A stretch of DNA of 64,000 nt from Candidatus Binatia bacterium (lineage in GTDB: Bacteria; Desulfobacterota; Binatia; Bin18). The position numbers were made by a program, and so were the translations under genes. The notes beneath the pieces are model-generated. The model worked only from the letters and a program-made list of their open reading frames with translations, was not told where the DNA came from and made no database searches. Below, in pieces: positions 54,476 to 63,828 of this stretch. Where the stretch lies: positions 4,878,927 to 4,942,926 of the forward strand of contig OY763426.1 of NCBI GenBank assembly GCA_963667495.1, written 5' to 3'. Each line of letters opens with the position of its first letter. The stretch's first letter is position 1.

Positions 54476-55462
54476 ATGAGCAATCACATGAGCGGTCAGG
54501 CGATCAAACGCATTAGCGTCGTTGGCGCAGGCTTAATGGGCCATGGCATTGCACAGGAGTTTGCCTTGGCCGGCTACCACGTGACCATGCATGCGCGCAC
54601 CCAAGCCAGTCTGACCCGAGCGGAGGAAAATATCCAGGCCAATCTTGCCCGCTTGATCGCACTCGGCGCGCTGACTGAGGACCGAGCCAGGCCGGTCCTG
54701 TCCCATATTCGGGCCGAGCTTGACCTGAAAGGAGCGGTCGAGGATGCCGATCTTGTGATTGAGTCGGTGTTTGAAGAGAGAGAACTGAAGCGAGGCATCT
54801 TTGAGCAGCTTGACCGCCTTTGTCCTTCGCATACCATCCTGGCGAGCAATACCTCGACGCTCATGCCCAGCCAGTTCATGCATACCGTGCAGCGCGTCGA
54901 CAAGGTCTTAGTCGCGCACTATGCCAACCCCCCTTATCTCATTCCCATTGTTGAACTTGTACGTGGCCCGGCCACGTCAGATGAGACACTCGACACCCTG
55001 TCCGGATTACTCACGCGCGTGGGCAAACGACCCGTTGTCGTGCAAAAAGAAGTGCCTGGCTTTATTCTCAATCGTTTGCAGGGTGCGCTGCTGCGTGAAG
55101 CCCTTTCCATGGTGCAAAACGGTATTGCCAGCCCGCAGGATATTGATACGGCCATGAAGAACAGTATTGGCCGACGCTGGGCAGTTGCCGGGATTTTTGA
55201 AGTTTTTGAGCTGGCCGGCTGGGACTTGATCTCCGCCGCCATGCAAGGGCTGTATCCACATCTCACAACGTCGCAGAAGATTCCGCCGGTCCTATCCGCA
55301 AAAGTTGTCCAGGACGAGCTTGGGGTAAAAACAGGCAAAGGGTTCTATGACTGGACACCAGAGTCCGCTGACGTTCTACGCCAACGGATCGCTCACGCCT
55401 TGGTTGAAACGGAGAAGTGGACACAGCAAGCAGGGCAACAAGATCGGGCTAAACCGCATTGA
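54476..55462 (+). CDS. 3-hydroxyacyl-CoA dehydrogenase (Hbd/FadB C-terminal type)
   Basis: ISVVGAGLMGHGIAQ Rossmann motif. PGFILNRL, and the C-terminal dimerisation domain, match the 3-hydroxyacyl-CoA dehydrogenase family (the family motif is PGFxxNR). Confidence 0.85.
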   Translation: MSNHMSGQAIKRISVVGAGLMGHGIAQEFALAGYHVTMHARTQASLTRAEENIQANLARLIALGALTEDRARPVLSHIRAELDLKGAVEDADLVIESVFEERELKRGIFEQLDRLCPSHTILASNTSTLMPSQFMHTVQRVDKVLVAHYANPPYLIPIVELVRGPATSDETLDTLSGLLTRVGKRPVVVQKEVPGFILNRLQGALLREALSMVQNGIASPQDIDTAMKNSIGRRWAVAGIFEVFELAGWDLISAAMQGLYPHLTTSQKIPPVLSAKVVQDELGVKTGKGFYDWTPESADVLRQRIAHALVETEKWTQQAGQQDRAKPH

Positions 55463-55522
55463 CACTGAAAACCTCATGGCGCTAGGCTCCAGCACTATAC
55501 AGATGAAAAGGGATTCTTCAGC

Positions 55523-57916
55523 ATGGCATATATCGGCAGTGCGGTCAGCGGCATCCTGGATACCAAACTCGTGGCCGGCAAGGGACAATACACCGCAGAC
55601 GTGAGTCTGCCGGACATGGGCTATATGGCCGTTGTCCGCAGCCCCTATGCCCACGCCCGGATTCTCAACATCGACACCGGAGCGGCGCAGCGGCACCCAG
55701 GCGTGCGTATCGTTGTCACCGGAGCGGATATCCAGCAGTGGAGCAAGCCTATTCCGCACACGTTGAACCCCAGCGCCTTTGGGGGAAAAACGACCGACAT
55801 CTACTGCCTGGCGATTGACCGGGTGCATTATGTCGGCACGCCGGTGGCCGCGGTGGTAGCCGATACCAGACACGCCGCGACCGAGGCGGCCAATCTTATC
55901 GAAGTCGAGTACGCAGACCTGCCGGTGGTGATCGATGCCGAACGGGCTCTGGAGCCGGATTCCCCCCTGCTCTACCCTGAGTGGGAAACCAATGAACTGA
56001 TGCATGTTCGCTTTCAGGGCGGCGATGTTGAGCAAGCCTTTGCCGACGCCGACCATATCCTGGACGACACCCTCCGCCTGCATCGCCATACGGCCACGCC
56101 GCTGGAACCGCGCGCGGCCCTGGCGCATTATGACGACCGCGCCGAACGTCTGACCCTGTGGGTCTCCACCCAGGCGCCCCATCCCCTGCGCACAACCTTG
56201 GCCAACACCTTGCAGATGGATGAGAACGATATCCAGGTGATTCAGCCCCAGGTGGGTGGCGCGTTTGGGGTCAAGATTCCAACCTATCAGGAAGACCCGC
56301 TGGCCTGCCTGCTATCGAAACGGACTGGCAAGCCAGTCAAATGGGTCGAGGAGCGCACCGAACATTTGATGGCCGGCGGTCACGCTCGCGAGCAAACCCT
56401 CAAGTTCTCGGTCGCCTGCAAGGCGGACGGAACCGTGACCGGCCTTAAAGTTCGCATCATCGGCGACGTCGGGGCCCTGGCCGCGGTGGGCGGTTGGGGT
56501 ATGTCCTATGTGGCCTCCTTTGTTGTGCCCGGCCCGTACAAAATCCCAAACTGTGAGGTGGATCTATCCATTGTGGTGACCAATAAGGGCCCCTGGAACG
56601 CCTATCGTGGGTTTGGCAAGGAGGCAGCTTCTTTTCTCATGGATCGCGTCATGGACCGGGTTGCCGATACGGTCCAAATGGACCGCGCCGCGGTGCGGCT
56701 CAAGAATTTTGTACCCAAAGACGAGTTTCCTTACGTGCAAATCTCGGGCGCCACCCTGGACAGCGGAGATTATGTCAAGGCGCTGCAAGACGTCATGGAC
56801 AAAGCCGGCTACCAGACCTTCGCCGAGGAACAACAGCGCCTCCGAGACCAAGGCCGGCATATCGGTATGGGCGTGGGCTTTGAACTCACGCCCGAAGGCG
56901 GCTGCATCCCCGACTCTTTTATCGGCGGCTACGAAGGCGCCACCGTCCGCGTCAGCCCGAGTGGCCAGGTCACCGTCCTGACCGGTGTCACCTCGCCCGG
57001 CTCGGGCAATGAAACCGGCATTGCCCAGATTGTGGCGGATACCCTCGGCGTCCCGCTCGGCACTGTCAGGGTCATACAGGGCGATACCCAGGCCTGCCCG
57101 TATGGCCTGGGCAACTGGAGTTCGCGCAGCCTGTTCATGGGCGGCTCGGCCTCGCTGTACGCGGCACGGGAAGTGCAGCATAAGGTTCTACGGGTTGCGG
57201 CGAGCATGTTAGAAACGGCGCCTGAAGATCTGGACTGCGAACAGGGCCGCATCCGCGTCAAGGGGCAGGCTGACCGTGAGGTCGCGTTCAACGATATTGC
57301 CGAGTACGTCCACAAACGCGCCTTCGACCATCACGCCTTTGATATGGAACCGGGCTTGGAGTCCACACGCTATTTCCGCATGGGCAATATCCACCACGTG
57401 CCGGATGACAAGGGCCGGATCAACACTTATCCGTCCTACCCCTATGCGGCCTGTGTGGCCGTGGTTGAGGTCGATGTTGAAACCGGCGTCATCACCCTCT
57501 TACGCTATGTGACCGTCCACGACTGCGGCACAGTCATTAATCCCTTACTGGTCGAAGGACAATTTCAGGGTGCCGTCGCGCAGGGACTCGGCGGGCTGAT
57601 CTATGAACAGCTCAGCTATGATGACAACGGCCAACTCCAGACCGGGACGTTCATGGACTATACCCTGCCTACCGCCGTGGAAGTGCCGAGTGTTGAGATT
57701 CACCACCAGGAAGTCCCAAGTCCGTTCACGCCACTCGGCACCAAAGGTGCGGGCGAGTCCGGCGTGTCCAGCCCATTTGGGACCATCGTCAGCGCGGTAG
57801 AAAACGCCCTTGCGCCCTTTGGGGTGAGAATTCACGATACCCCGCTGACACCGCAACGCGTCTGGCGCATGATTCAAGCGGCCAAGAATGGCACTAACGG
57901 AGGGGCGGACGCATGA
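55523..57916 (+). CDS. Molybdopterin-binding large subunit of a xanthine dehydrogenase / CO dehydrogenase-family molybdenum hydroxylase
   Basis: 797 aa. GGAFG and the Ald_Xan_dh_C2 blocks. GTPxxP-like regions. Confidence 0.85.
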   Translation: MAYIGSAVSGILDTKLVAGKGQYTADVSLPDMGYMAVVRSPYAHARILNIDTGAAQRHPGVRIVVTGADIQQWSKPIPHTLNPSAFGGKTTDIYCLAIDRVHYVGTPVAAVVADTRHAATEAANLIEVEYADLPVVIDAERALEPDSPLLYPEWETNELMHVRFQGGDVEQAFADADHILDDTLRLHRHTATPLEPRAALAHYDDRAERLTLWVSTQAPHPLRTTLANTLQMDENDIQVIQPQVGGAFGVKIPTYQEDPLACLLSKRTGKPVKWVEERTEHLMAGGHAREQTLKFSVACKADGTVTGLKVRIIGDVGALAAVGGWGMSYVASFVVPGPYKIPNCEVDLSIVVTNKGPWNAYRGFGKEAASFLMDRVMDRVADTVQMDRAAVRLKNFVPKDEFPYVQISGATLDSGDYVKALQDVMDKAGYQTFAEEQQRLRDQGRHIGMGVGFELTPEGGCIPDSFIGGYEGATVRVSPSGQVTVLTGVTSPGSGNETGIAQIVADTLGVPLGTVRVIQGDTQACPYGLGNWSSRSLFMGGSASLYAAREVQHKVLRVAASMLETAPEDLDCEQGRIRVKGQADREVAFNDIAEYVHKRAFDHHAFDMEPGLESTRYFRMGNIHHVPDDKGRINTYPSYPYAACVAVVEVDVETGVITLLRYVTVHDCGTVINPLLVEGQFQGAVAQGLGGLIYEQLSYDDNGQLQTGTFMDYTLPTAVEVPSVEIHHQEVPSPFTPLGTKGAGESGVSSPFGTIVSAVENALAPFGVRIHDTPLTPQRVWRMIQAAKNGTNGGADA

Positions 57917-58791
57917 TACGCGTACCCTTTCAGTTCCATAGGCCACACTCGATCGACGAAGTCGTCCGTCTCTTATCCCAGTGCGTACAAAACGGTGAAG
58001 ACGTAAAGCTGCTGGCCGGGGGGCAGTCGCTGATGCCAAGCATGAACCTCGGCCTGGTCGCGCCGGCCCATATCGTCAGCCTCAACCATGTTGCCGGTCT
58101 CGACTCCATTCGCCAGGACGGGGATATGCTCGCCATCGGAGCGGGGACTACCCATCATGCCCTGGCCAAATCCGAGGTCGTGCAAGCCCACTGTCCGATT
58201 CTCAGCGAGACCGCAGCCTGTATTGGTGATGTCCAGGTTCGCAACCGGGGGACGTTGGGCGGCTCGATTGGCCATTTTGATCCCGCGGCTGACTATCCGC
58301 CCGTACTCGTCCTGCTTGATGCAGCCTGTCAGATTGTTAGCCCAAGTGGAGAGCGAACTGTTGCCGCCAAAGACGTCTTTGTTGATTATATGACGACGAG
58401 TCTGAGCGCGGATGAGGTCCTGACCGAAATTCGCGTCCCGGCCCTACCCTCGGACACTGGTACGGCCTACGTGAAGTTCACCAGGGTAGAGGGCGGCTTT
58501 GCCATTGTCGGCGCAGGCGCATGTCTGAGGCTCAACCCGGATAACACCTGTCGGTCCATCCGGGTCGGCATCTGTGGCGCAGCCCCCGTCCCGGTCCGTT
58601 TGACCGCTATCGAGGACACGCTGACAGGCAAGGCCGTGGACGACGCCTTTGTTGAGGTGGTTGCGGCTGCCGCGTATGAGTCGGCTCACGACCCAGTCGC
58701 AGAGTTGCACGCCGATGCGGACTACAAACGAGAGATGGTCCGGGTGTTTACCCGTCGGGCGGTGAAGACGGCCTGGGAACGGGCGGATTAA
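57913..58791 (+). CDS. FAD-binding subunit (CoxM/XdhB-like) of the molybdenum hydroxylase
   Basis: LLAGGQSL and GTLGGSIGH FAD-binding motifs. The start overlaps the large-subunit stop. Confidence 0.8.
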   Translation: MIRVPFQFHRPHSIDEVVRLLSQCVQNGEDVKLLAGGQSLMPSMNLGLVAPAHIVSLNHVAGLDSIRQDGDMLAIGAGTTHHALAKSEVVQAHCPILSETAACIGDVQVRNRGTLGGSIGHFDPAADYPPVLVLLDAACQIVSPSGERTVAAKDVFVDYMTTSLSADEVLTEIRVPALPSDTGTAYVKFTRVEGGFAIVGAGACLRLNPDNTCRSIRVGICGAAPVPVRLTAIEDTLTGKAVDDAFVEVVAAAAYESAHDPVAELHADADYKREMVRVFTRRAVKTAWERAD

Positions 58792-58810
58792 GGAACGGTA
58801 TGGGAAGGCT

Positions 58811-59293
58811 ATGCAGACCACCATTCAGCTCATAGTGAACAATACTCCGTGTGAAGCCACGGTCGATACGCGCACGCTTCTGGTCGATTTTTTGCGCGAT
58901 CAACTCGACCTAACCGGGACCCACCTCGGCTGTGCCACCGGCAATTGCGGCGCGTGTACCGTTATGCTCGACGGTCTGACGGTCAAGGCGTGTACCATTC
59001 TGGCGGCCGACGTTGCGGGTTCCACAGTCACCACCATTGAAGGTTGGACACAAGCCGCCCGGCAATCGGGCGACCTGCACCCGATTCAGGATGCCTTTGT
59101 CAAACACCACGCCTTACAGTGCGGCTTTTGCACCCCTGGCATGGTGTTGTCGGTGCAGCAACTTTTACAGGAAAAATCGCAGCCGACCGAGGCGGATATC
59201 CGGCACGGCATAGCCGGCAATCTGTGTCGATGCACCGGCTATGCCAGCATTGTCAAGGCGGTTCAGGAAGTCGCGCAGACAAGCAGCGAATAG
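58811..59293 (+). CDS. [2Fe-2S] ferredoxin-type small subunit (CoxS-like) of the molybdenum hydroxylase
   Basis: CATGNCGACTV and QCGFCTPG...CRCTGY cysteine clusters. Confidence 0.85.
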   Translation: MQTTIQLIVNNTPCEATVDTRTLLVDFLRDQLDLTGTHLGCATGNCGACTVMLDGLTVKACTILAADVAGSTVTTIEGWTQAARQSGDLHPIQDAFVKHHALQCGFCTPGMVLSVQQLLQEKSQPTEADIRHGIAGNLCRCTGYASIVKAVQEVAQTSSE

Positions 59294-59312
59294 AACAACC
59301 GCCATTCTCCTC

Positions 59313-59343
59313 AAGGAGAGGGCCAGGGTGAGGATCCCTCACT
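59313..59343. repeat. REP-like GC-rich palindrome between convergent genes
   Basis: GGAGAGGGCCAGGGTGAGG-AT-CCCTCAC. Related to the 36085 and 41324 copies. Acts as a bidirectional hairpin after the coxS-like and methyltransferase stops. Confidence 0.45.
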
Positions 59344-60193
59344 CCGCCGGCTTCTTGAACTTGAGCGTCATGCGGTCGCTCTCTCCAATCGCCAGATATT
59401 TTTCCCTATCCTCGTCTCCGAGCGACAGGGAGGGTGGCAGGGTCCACACGCCTTTGGGATGGTCGCGCGTATCTTTCGGATTGGCGTTTATTTCAGTCTG
59501 GTCCACGAGCTTGAAGCCCGCTTTTTCTGCCATTCGAACGGTCGCCGCTTCGGTGACATAACCCGAAGACGCCTTAGGGTCCTGCTCCGTGTTGGGATCG
59601 GCCCGGTGCTCCACCAGACCGAGAATCCCGCCGGGCTTGAGCGCCGCATACATGGCAGCAAAAACTCCGTCAGCCGTCCCGGCGCTCATCCAGTTGTGGA
59701 CGTTACGAAAGGTCAGCACCATGTCCGCCGAGCCTGCGGGGGCGATATCGACCTTGTTGGGCGGAGCGAGTTCGGTCGCCGTGGGCGTGCCGTACACTTC
59801 GGGCTTGGCGGCCAGCTTCTCGTCGAGGAGGGCGTTCAATTTCTTCATGTACGCAACCTCGGACTCTCTATCGAATCCGGCCAGGTATAAGCTTCCCTGG
59901 TCTTTCAGATAGGGAGCCAGAATCTCGGTATACCAGCCTCTTGACGGCGAGATTTCGACTACCGTCATATCCGGCTTGAGTCCCAGCCAGGTCAGCGTTT
60001 GCGCGGGATGGCGGTATTGGTCGCGCGCCTTGTACTCGGCCGAGCGATGCTCCCCGTCAATGGCGGCTTGCAGGGCAGGATCGACGCCTTCTGCCGCGGC
60101 GTGATGGTCGGCGCGAACCTGGCCGGCGAAGAGCAGGCCAAGACTCAGGGCGAGGCAGCAGTGAGAAAACCGAGATGCGAATGTTGTCTGCAT
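59339..60193 (-). CDS. Secreted class I SAM-dependent methyltransferase-like protein
   Basis: Signal peptide (LALSLGLLFAGQVRA). GILGLVEH / methyltransferase-domain blocks. Confidence 0.6.
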   Translation of the reverse strand: MQTTFASRFSHCCLALSLGLLFAGQVRADHHAAAEGVDPALQAAIDGEHRSAEYKARDQYRHPAQTLTWLGLKPDMTVVEISPSRGWYTEILAPYLKDQGSLYLAGFDRESEVAYMKKLNALLDEKLAAKPEVYGTPTATELAPPNKVDIAPAGSADMVLTFRNVHNWMSAGTADGVFAAMYAALKPGGILGLVEHRADPNTEQDPKASSGYVTEAATVRMAEKAGFKLVDQTEINANPKDTRDHPKGVWTLPPSLSLGDEDREKYLAIGESDRMTLKFKKPAE

Positions 60194-60268
60194 GAATCCT
60201 TCTCCTTCTTCTATCGTAAATTCACCGTCTGCCCGTAAGCCTGACCCGTTCCGAACGTTTCTGCAATA

Positions 60269-60297
60269 CCCCTCCCCTCTCCCAGAGGGAGAGGGGA
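60269..60297. repeat. REP-like palindrome CCCCTCTCCCAGAGGGAGAGGGG
   Basis: Perfect 9 bp arms. Lies between the degP stop and the methyltransferase start. Same CCCTCTCCC/GGGAGAGGG arms as the 36070 element. Confidence 0.45.
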
Positions 60298-60311
60298 ATG
60301 AGGCCGATATC

Positions 60312-61796
60312 CTATGGTGCCGACAGCGAGGCGTATTGGTTCACCCCGTTGTTCCGCCGGAGCAGGAGCAGCAGCGATTTGTCTTCCGCCACCGTGGCGA
60401 TTGCCTTCTTGAGTTCGTCCACCGTTTTGACCGGCGTCCGGTTGACCTCAAGGATCACGTCTCCCTCACGGACTCCCGCGTCCGCAGCCGGGCTGTCGGG
60501 CCGCACGCCAGCCACGATGACTCCTTCACTGGCTTTGAGGCGCATCCGGTCTCGTTCCTCCGGAGTGAGGTCACGCAGCGCCATCCCCCACTTGCCTCTT
60601 TTGGCAGCCGCAGGTCCGCTGGCGACTTCAGGCTCGTCAAGTTTGGCAATTTCGACGGTGAGTGTCCTGGTCTTTCCGTCGCGCACCACGTCAATAGGAA
60701 CTTTTATCCCGACTTTCGTGTTGGCGACCAGCAGCGGCAGGTCGGCATTTTCTTTCACCGTGTGGCCGTCGTAGCTGACAATAACATCGCCGCGTTCCAG
60801 GCCTCCCCTATCGGCCGGGCTGTCTGGGGTGACATCGGCAACCAGGGCACCATTTGGACCATCGAGATCGAGGGATTCCGCCAGCTCTGTGGTCATCTTC
60901 TGTATAGTCACTCCCAGCCAGCCGCGCGTCACATGGCCTTTGGTCTCCAGGTCGGGCACGAGTTGCTTGGCCAGATTGATCGGGATGGCAAAACCAATAC
61001 CGATATTCCCGCCGCCATTGCCGAAGATTGCGGTGTTAATGCCAACCACTTCGCCCTTTTCGTTAAATAGTGGTCCTCCCGAGTTGCCGGGGTTAATGGA
61101 GGCGTCGGTCTGAATAAAGTCATCGTACGGTCCGGCCCCGATGGTTCGGCCTTTGGCACTGACGATGCCCGCGGTCACGGTATTGCTCAGCCCAAACGGG
61201 TTGCCAATGGCCATGACCCAGTCACCGACGCGGACATCTTCGGAATCGCCCAGGTTTGCGACCGGCAAATCCCGCTCGGGTTCAACCTTGAGTACAGCCA
61301 GGTCGGTTTTGGGGTCACGGCCGAGAATCTTTGCCTGATATTCGCGCTCATCCGGAAGAGTCACCATAATCTCGCTGGCACTCTCAACCACATGGTTATT
61401 GGTGATGATCAGCCCGTCGTTGCGGATGATAAATCCGGAGCCGGAGCTGCGGCGCGGTATACCCTGGTGGGGACGTGGGCCGCCAAACCCAGGCGGGAAC
61501 GGGAATTGGGGACCGAACGGATTCCGTGGGCCGCCCCTTCTTCTCTCAAAAGAGGGGTGGCCACGCTCAGACGCTCTTTCTACGCCAACAACGCGGACGT
61601 GGACCACAGCCGGCGAGACATGGTCGGCCAAGTCGGCAAATGAGGGTAATCCGGACGGCGTTACGGTGATTCCGGGGGCTGCCGTTTCCGGCGCCGCCTG
61701 GACCACATCCATTGGGGTCAGCCGACCCAGGGTAAAGCCACCTAGCGCCAGAGAAACTACCAGTGCTCCAGCCAGTATTTTTTTCTTCGTCTGCAT
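60312..61796 (-). CDS. degP: Do/DegP-family periplasmic serine endoprotease with two PDZ domains
   Basis: Signal peptide. Catalytic-triad regions (H in ITNNHVV, D in DLAVLKV, GNSGGPL). Two PDZ-like C-terminal domains. Confidence 0.85.
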   Translation of the reverse strand: MQTKKKILAGALVVSLALGGFTLGRLTPMDVVQAAPETAAPGITVTPSGLPSFADLADHVSPAVVHVRVVGVERASERGHPSFERRRGGPRNPFGPQFPFPPGFGGPRPHQGIPRRSSGSGFIIRNDGLIITNNHVVESASEIMVTLPDEREYQAKILGRDPKTDLAVLKVEPERDLPVANLGDSEDVRVGDWVMAIGNPFGLSNTVTAGIVSAKGRTIGAGPYDDFIQTDASINPGNSGGPLFNEKGEVVGINTAIFGNGGGNIGIGFAIPINLAKQLVPDLETKGHVTRGWLGVTIQKMTTELAESLDLDGPNGALVADVTPDSPADRGGLERGDVIVSYDGHTVKENADLPLLVANTKVGIKVPIDVVRDGKTRTLTVEIAKLDEPEVASGPAAAKRGKWGMALRDLTPEERDRMRLKASEGVIVAGVRPDSPAADAGVREGDVILEVNRTPVKTVDELKKAIATVAEDKSLLLLLRRNNGVNQYASLSAP

Positions 61797-62078
61797 CGTA
61801 CTCCTCCTCGTATGAGATTGCTGTGTTCTTTGACGTTCAGTATGGCAACTGCATATGAGAGGAAGATGAGACCAAGATTAGAGGTTTCTCATTTTCGGCG
61901 GCTTGCTGCGAAAGGGTTATCTTATGCTGAGGCATACACCGACCTCAGGACAGCATCCCTAATCCTGAAGCCGGGGGAGAGTCAAGGGGGAAACGCGGGG
62001 CGCTCTGGTCAGGCCATGTCGAGCAGTGTTATACGGGAGACCAAGCAGGCACACCACCCGACCACGAGGAATAGGACT

Positions 62079-62978
62079 ATGCAAAGTGTCAAAACCGGCG
62101 GGGTTGAGATGATCCCGATTGATGGCAAATACACCGTCTGGACCAAGCGCCTTGGCTCCGGATCGATTCCCCTGCTCACCCTGCACGGCGGGCCCGGCTG
62201 CACGCATGAGTATTTTGAGTGTTTTGAAGACTTCCTGCCGCAGCATGATATTCAGATTATTTACTACGACCAGCTCGGCTCGGCCTATTCCGACCAGCCG
62301 GACGATACCAGCCTGTGGACGGTAGAGCGTTTTCGGGAAGAAGTCGAGCAGGTCCGGCTTGCGCTTGGGCTTGAGCACTTCTATCTGCTCGGCCATTCCT
62401 GGGGCGGGCTGCTCGGTATGGAGTACGCCCTAGCCTATCAGCAGCACATCAAGGGACTCATCCTCTCCAATATGACCGCCAGTATTCCGGCCTATGTCGC
62501 GTATATCAACGAGTTACGCGCCCAGCAGCCGCCCGAGGTCCTGCGTGTTCTCGAAAAATATGAGGCGACCGAAGACTATGACGCTCCGGAATACGAGGAG
62601 GCCCTGTTCACCCATGTGTACCGGCAGCATCTGTGCCGGCTCGATCCCTGGCCGGAACCGCTGGTGCGCATGTTTCGCAACCTGGCCAAGCCGGTCTATA
62701 ACACCATGCAGGGCCCGAACGAATTTGTTGTGACCGGCACCTTCAAGGACTGGGACCGATGGGAAGATCTGCACCGGATTCAGTGTCCGACCTTGGTCTC
62801 CGGCGCGCGCTTCGACACCATGCGCGTGTCCGAGATTGAACGCATGGGCGAGTTGATCCCCAACTCACGCGTGTCCATATGTGAAAACGGCAGCCATTGC
62901 GCCATGTATGACGATCAGGAGGCGTATTTTCGGGACGTGGTGCAATTCATTCAGGACGTCGAGGCAGAGTCGTTCTGA
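62079..62978 (+). CDS. Proline iminopeptidase-family alpha/beta hydrolase
   Basis: HGGPGC, the GHSWGG nucleophile elbow, and the C-terminal catalytic His region. The start was moved to the internal MQSVKTGGVE, which leaves the listed ORF as a long N-terminal extension. Confidence 0.65.
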   Translation: MQSVKTGGVEMIPIDGKYTVWTKRLGSGSIPLLTLHGGPGCTHEYFECFEDFLPQHDIQIIYYDQLGSAYSDQPDDTSLWTVERFREEVEQVRLALGLEHFYLLGHSWGGLLGMEYALAYQQHIKGLILSNMTASIPAYVAYINELRAQQPPEVLRVLEKYEATEDYDAPEYEEALFTHVYRQHLCRLDPWPEPLVRMFRNLAKPVYNTMQGPNEFVVTGTFKDWDRWEDLHRIQCPTLVSGARFDTMRVSEIERMGELIPNSRVSICENGSHCAMYDDQEAYFRDVVQFIQDVEAESF

Positions 62979-63088
62979 CCCTTTTCCATGTCCCGCCACT
63001 CTCCCGTAGGCACATCGGCGCAACCGATTCGAGCTTGCTCAGGCTGTGAAAAAATCATACCCTCCCTACCGCGAGGAGGATGGACACA

Positions 63089-63763
63089 ATGGCCCACTTA
63101 CTCATTGCCTTTCAGCGGAAAGATGGTCTCAGTCTGGCGGACTTCTCACGCCACTGGCGCGAGGTGCACGCTCCACTCGCCAAACAGATGCCCGGCCTGC
63201 GCGGCTATGTCCAAAACCACAGTTCATCCGTGGTAAGCCGGCGCCAAGCCTATGACGGTGTGGTGGAAATCTGGATGGACAGCGAGGAAGCCATCACAGC
63301 CGCCTTTCGGAGCAAGGAATATCGTGAAGGCGCGTACGCGGATGAGCCGAATTTTGCGGATGTCAAAAACGTGGTGCAACTCGTCACCACAGACCAGGTG
63401 CTGCGCGAGGGAGAGGAGCATACCAGCCCCGAGCCACGGATCAAACGGCTGTCTTTCATCAAACGGAAGCCCGACTGGGACCGGGATGAGTTCTTTCGCT
63501 ACTGGAAAGATGTGCACGGCCCGATGGCACTCGCCCTGCCCGGTCTACAGCGCTATGTCCAGTGCCACGCCCTGCCTTCGGCGTATGAACGAGGCGAGCC
63601 GCAGTACGATGGAGTGGCCGAGCTGTGGTTTGAGACCTTGGGCGATCTGAATTTTGCTCTGACATCTTCGGCGTACAAAGATCAGGCCCAGCCGGACGGT
63701 GCAAAGTTCGTTGACCCAACATCAACGTTCACTCTGATTACCGAAGAATACCGGATTGTGTAG
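63089..63763 (+). CDS. Tandem EthD-domain protein
   Basis: Two repeats of the EthD pattern (LLIAFQRKDGLSLADFSRHWREVHAPLAKQMPGLRGYVQNH, and LSFIKRKPDWDRDEFFRYWKDVHGPMALALPGLQRYVQCH). Confidence 0.6.
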   Translation: MAHLLIAFQRKDGLSLADFSRHWREVHAPLAKQMPGLRGYVQNHSSSVVSRRQAYDGVVEIWMDSEEAITAAFRSKEYREGAYADEPNFADVKNVVQLVTTDQVLREGEEHTSPEPRIKRLSFIKRKPDWDRDEFFRYWKDVHGPMALALPGLQRYVQCHALPSAYERGEPQYDGVAELWFETLGDLNFALTSSAYKDQAQPDGAKFVDPTSTFTLITEEYRIV

Positions 63764-63828
63764 CGTCCTTCTGCGCTACAACAGGATAGTACCTGCACTC
63801 CCAGATTGAGTCTCCATCCCCACGGGCC

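Noticed and set aside
36068-60297. Possibility that the recurring GGAGAGGG palindromes form a CRISPR array
   Set aside because: The copies are dispersed over more than 20 kb and separated by genes. There are no regularly spaced direct repeats and no cas genes.
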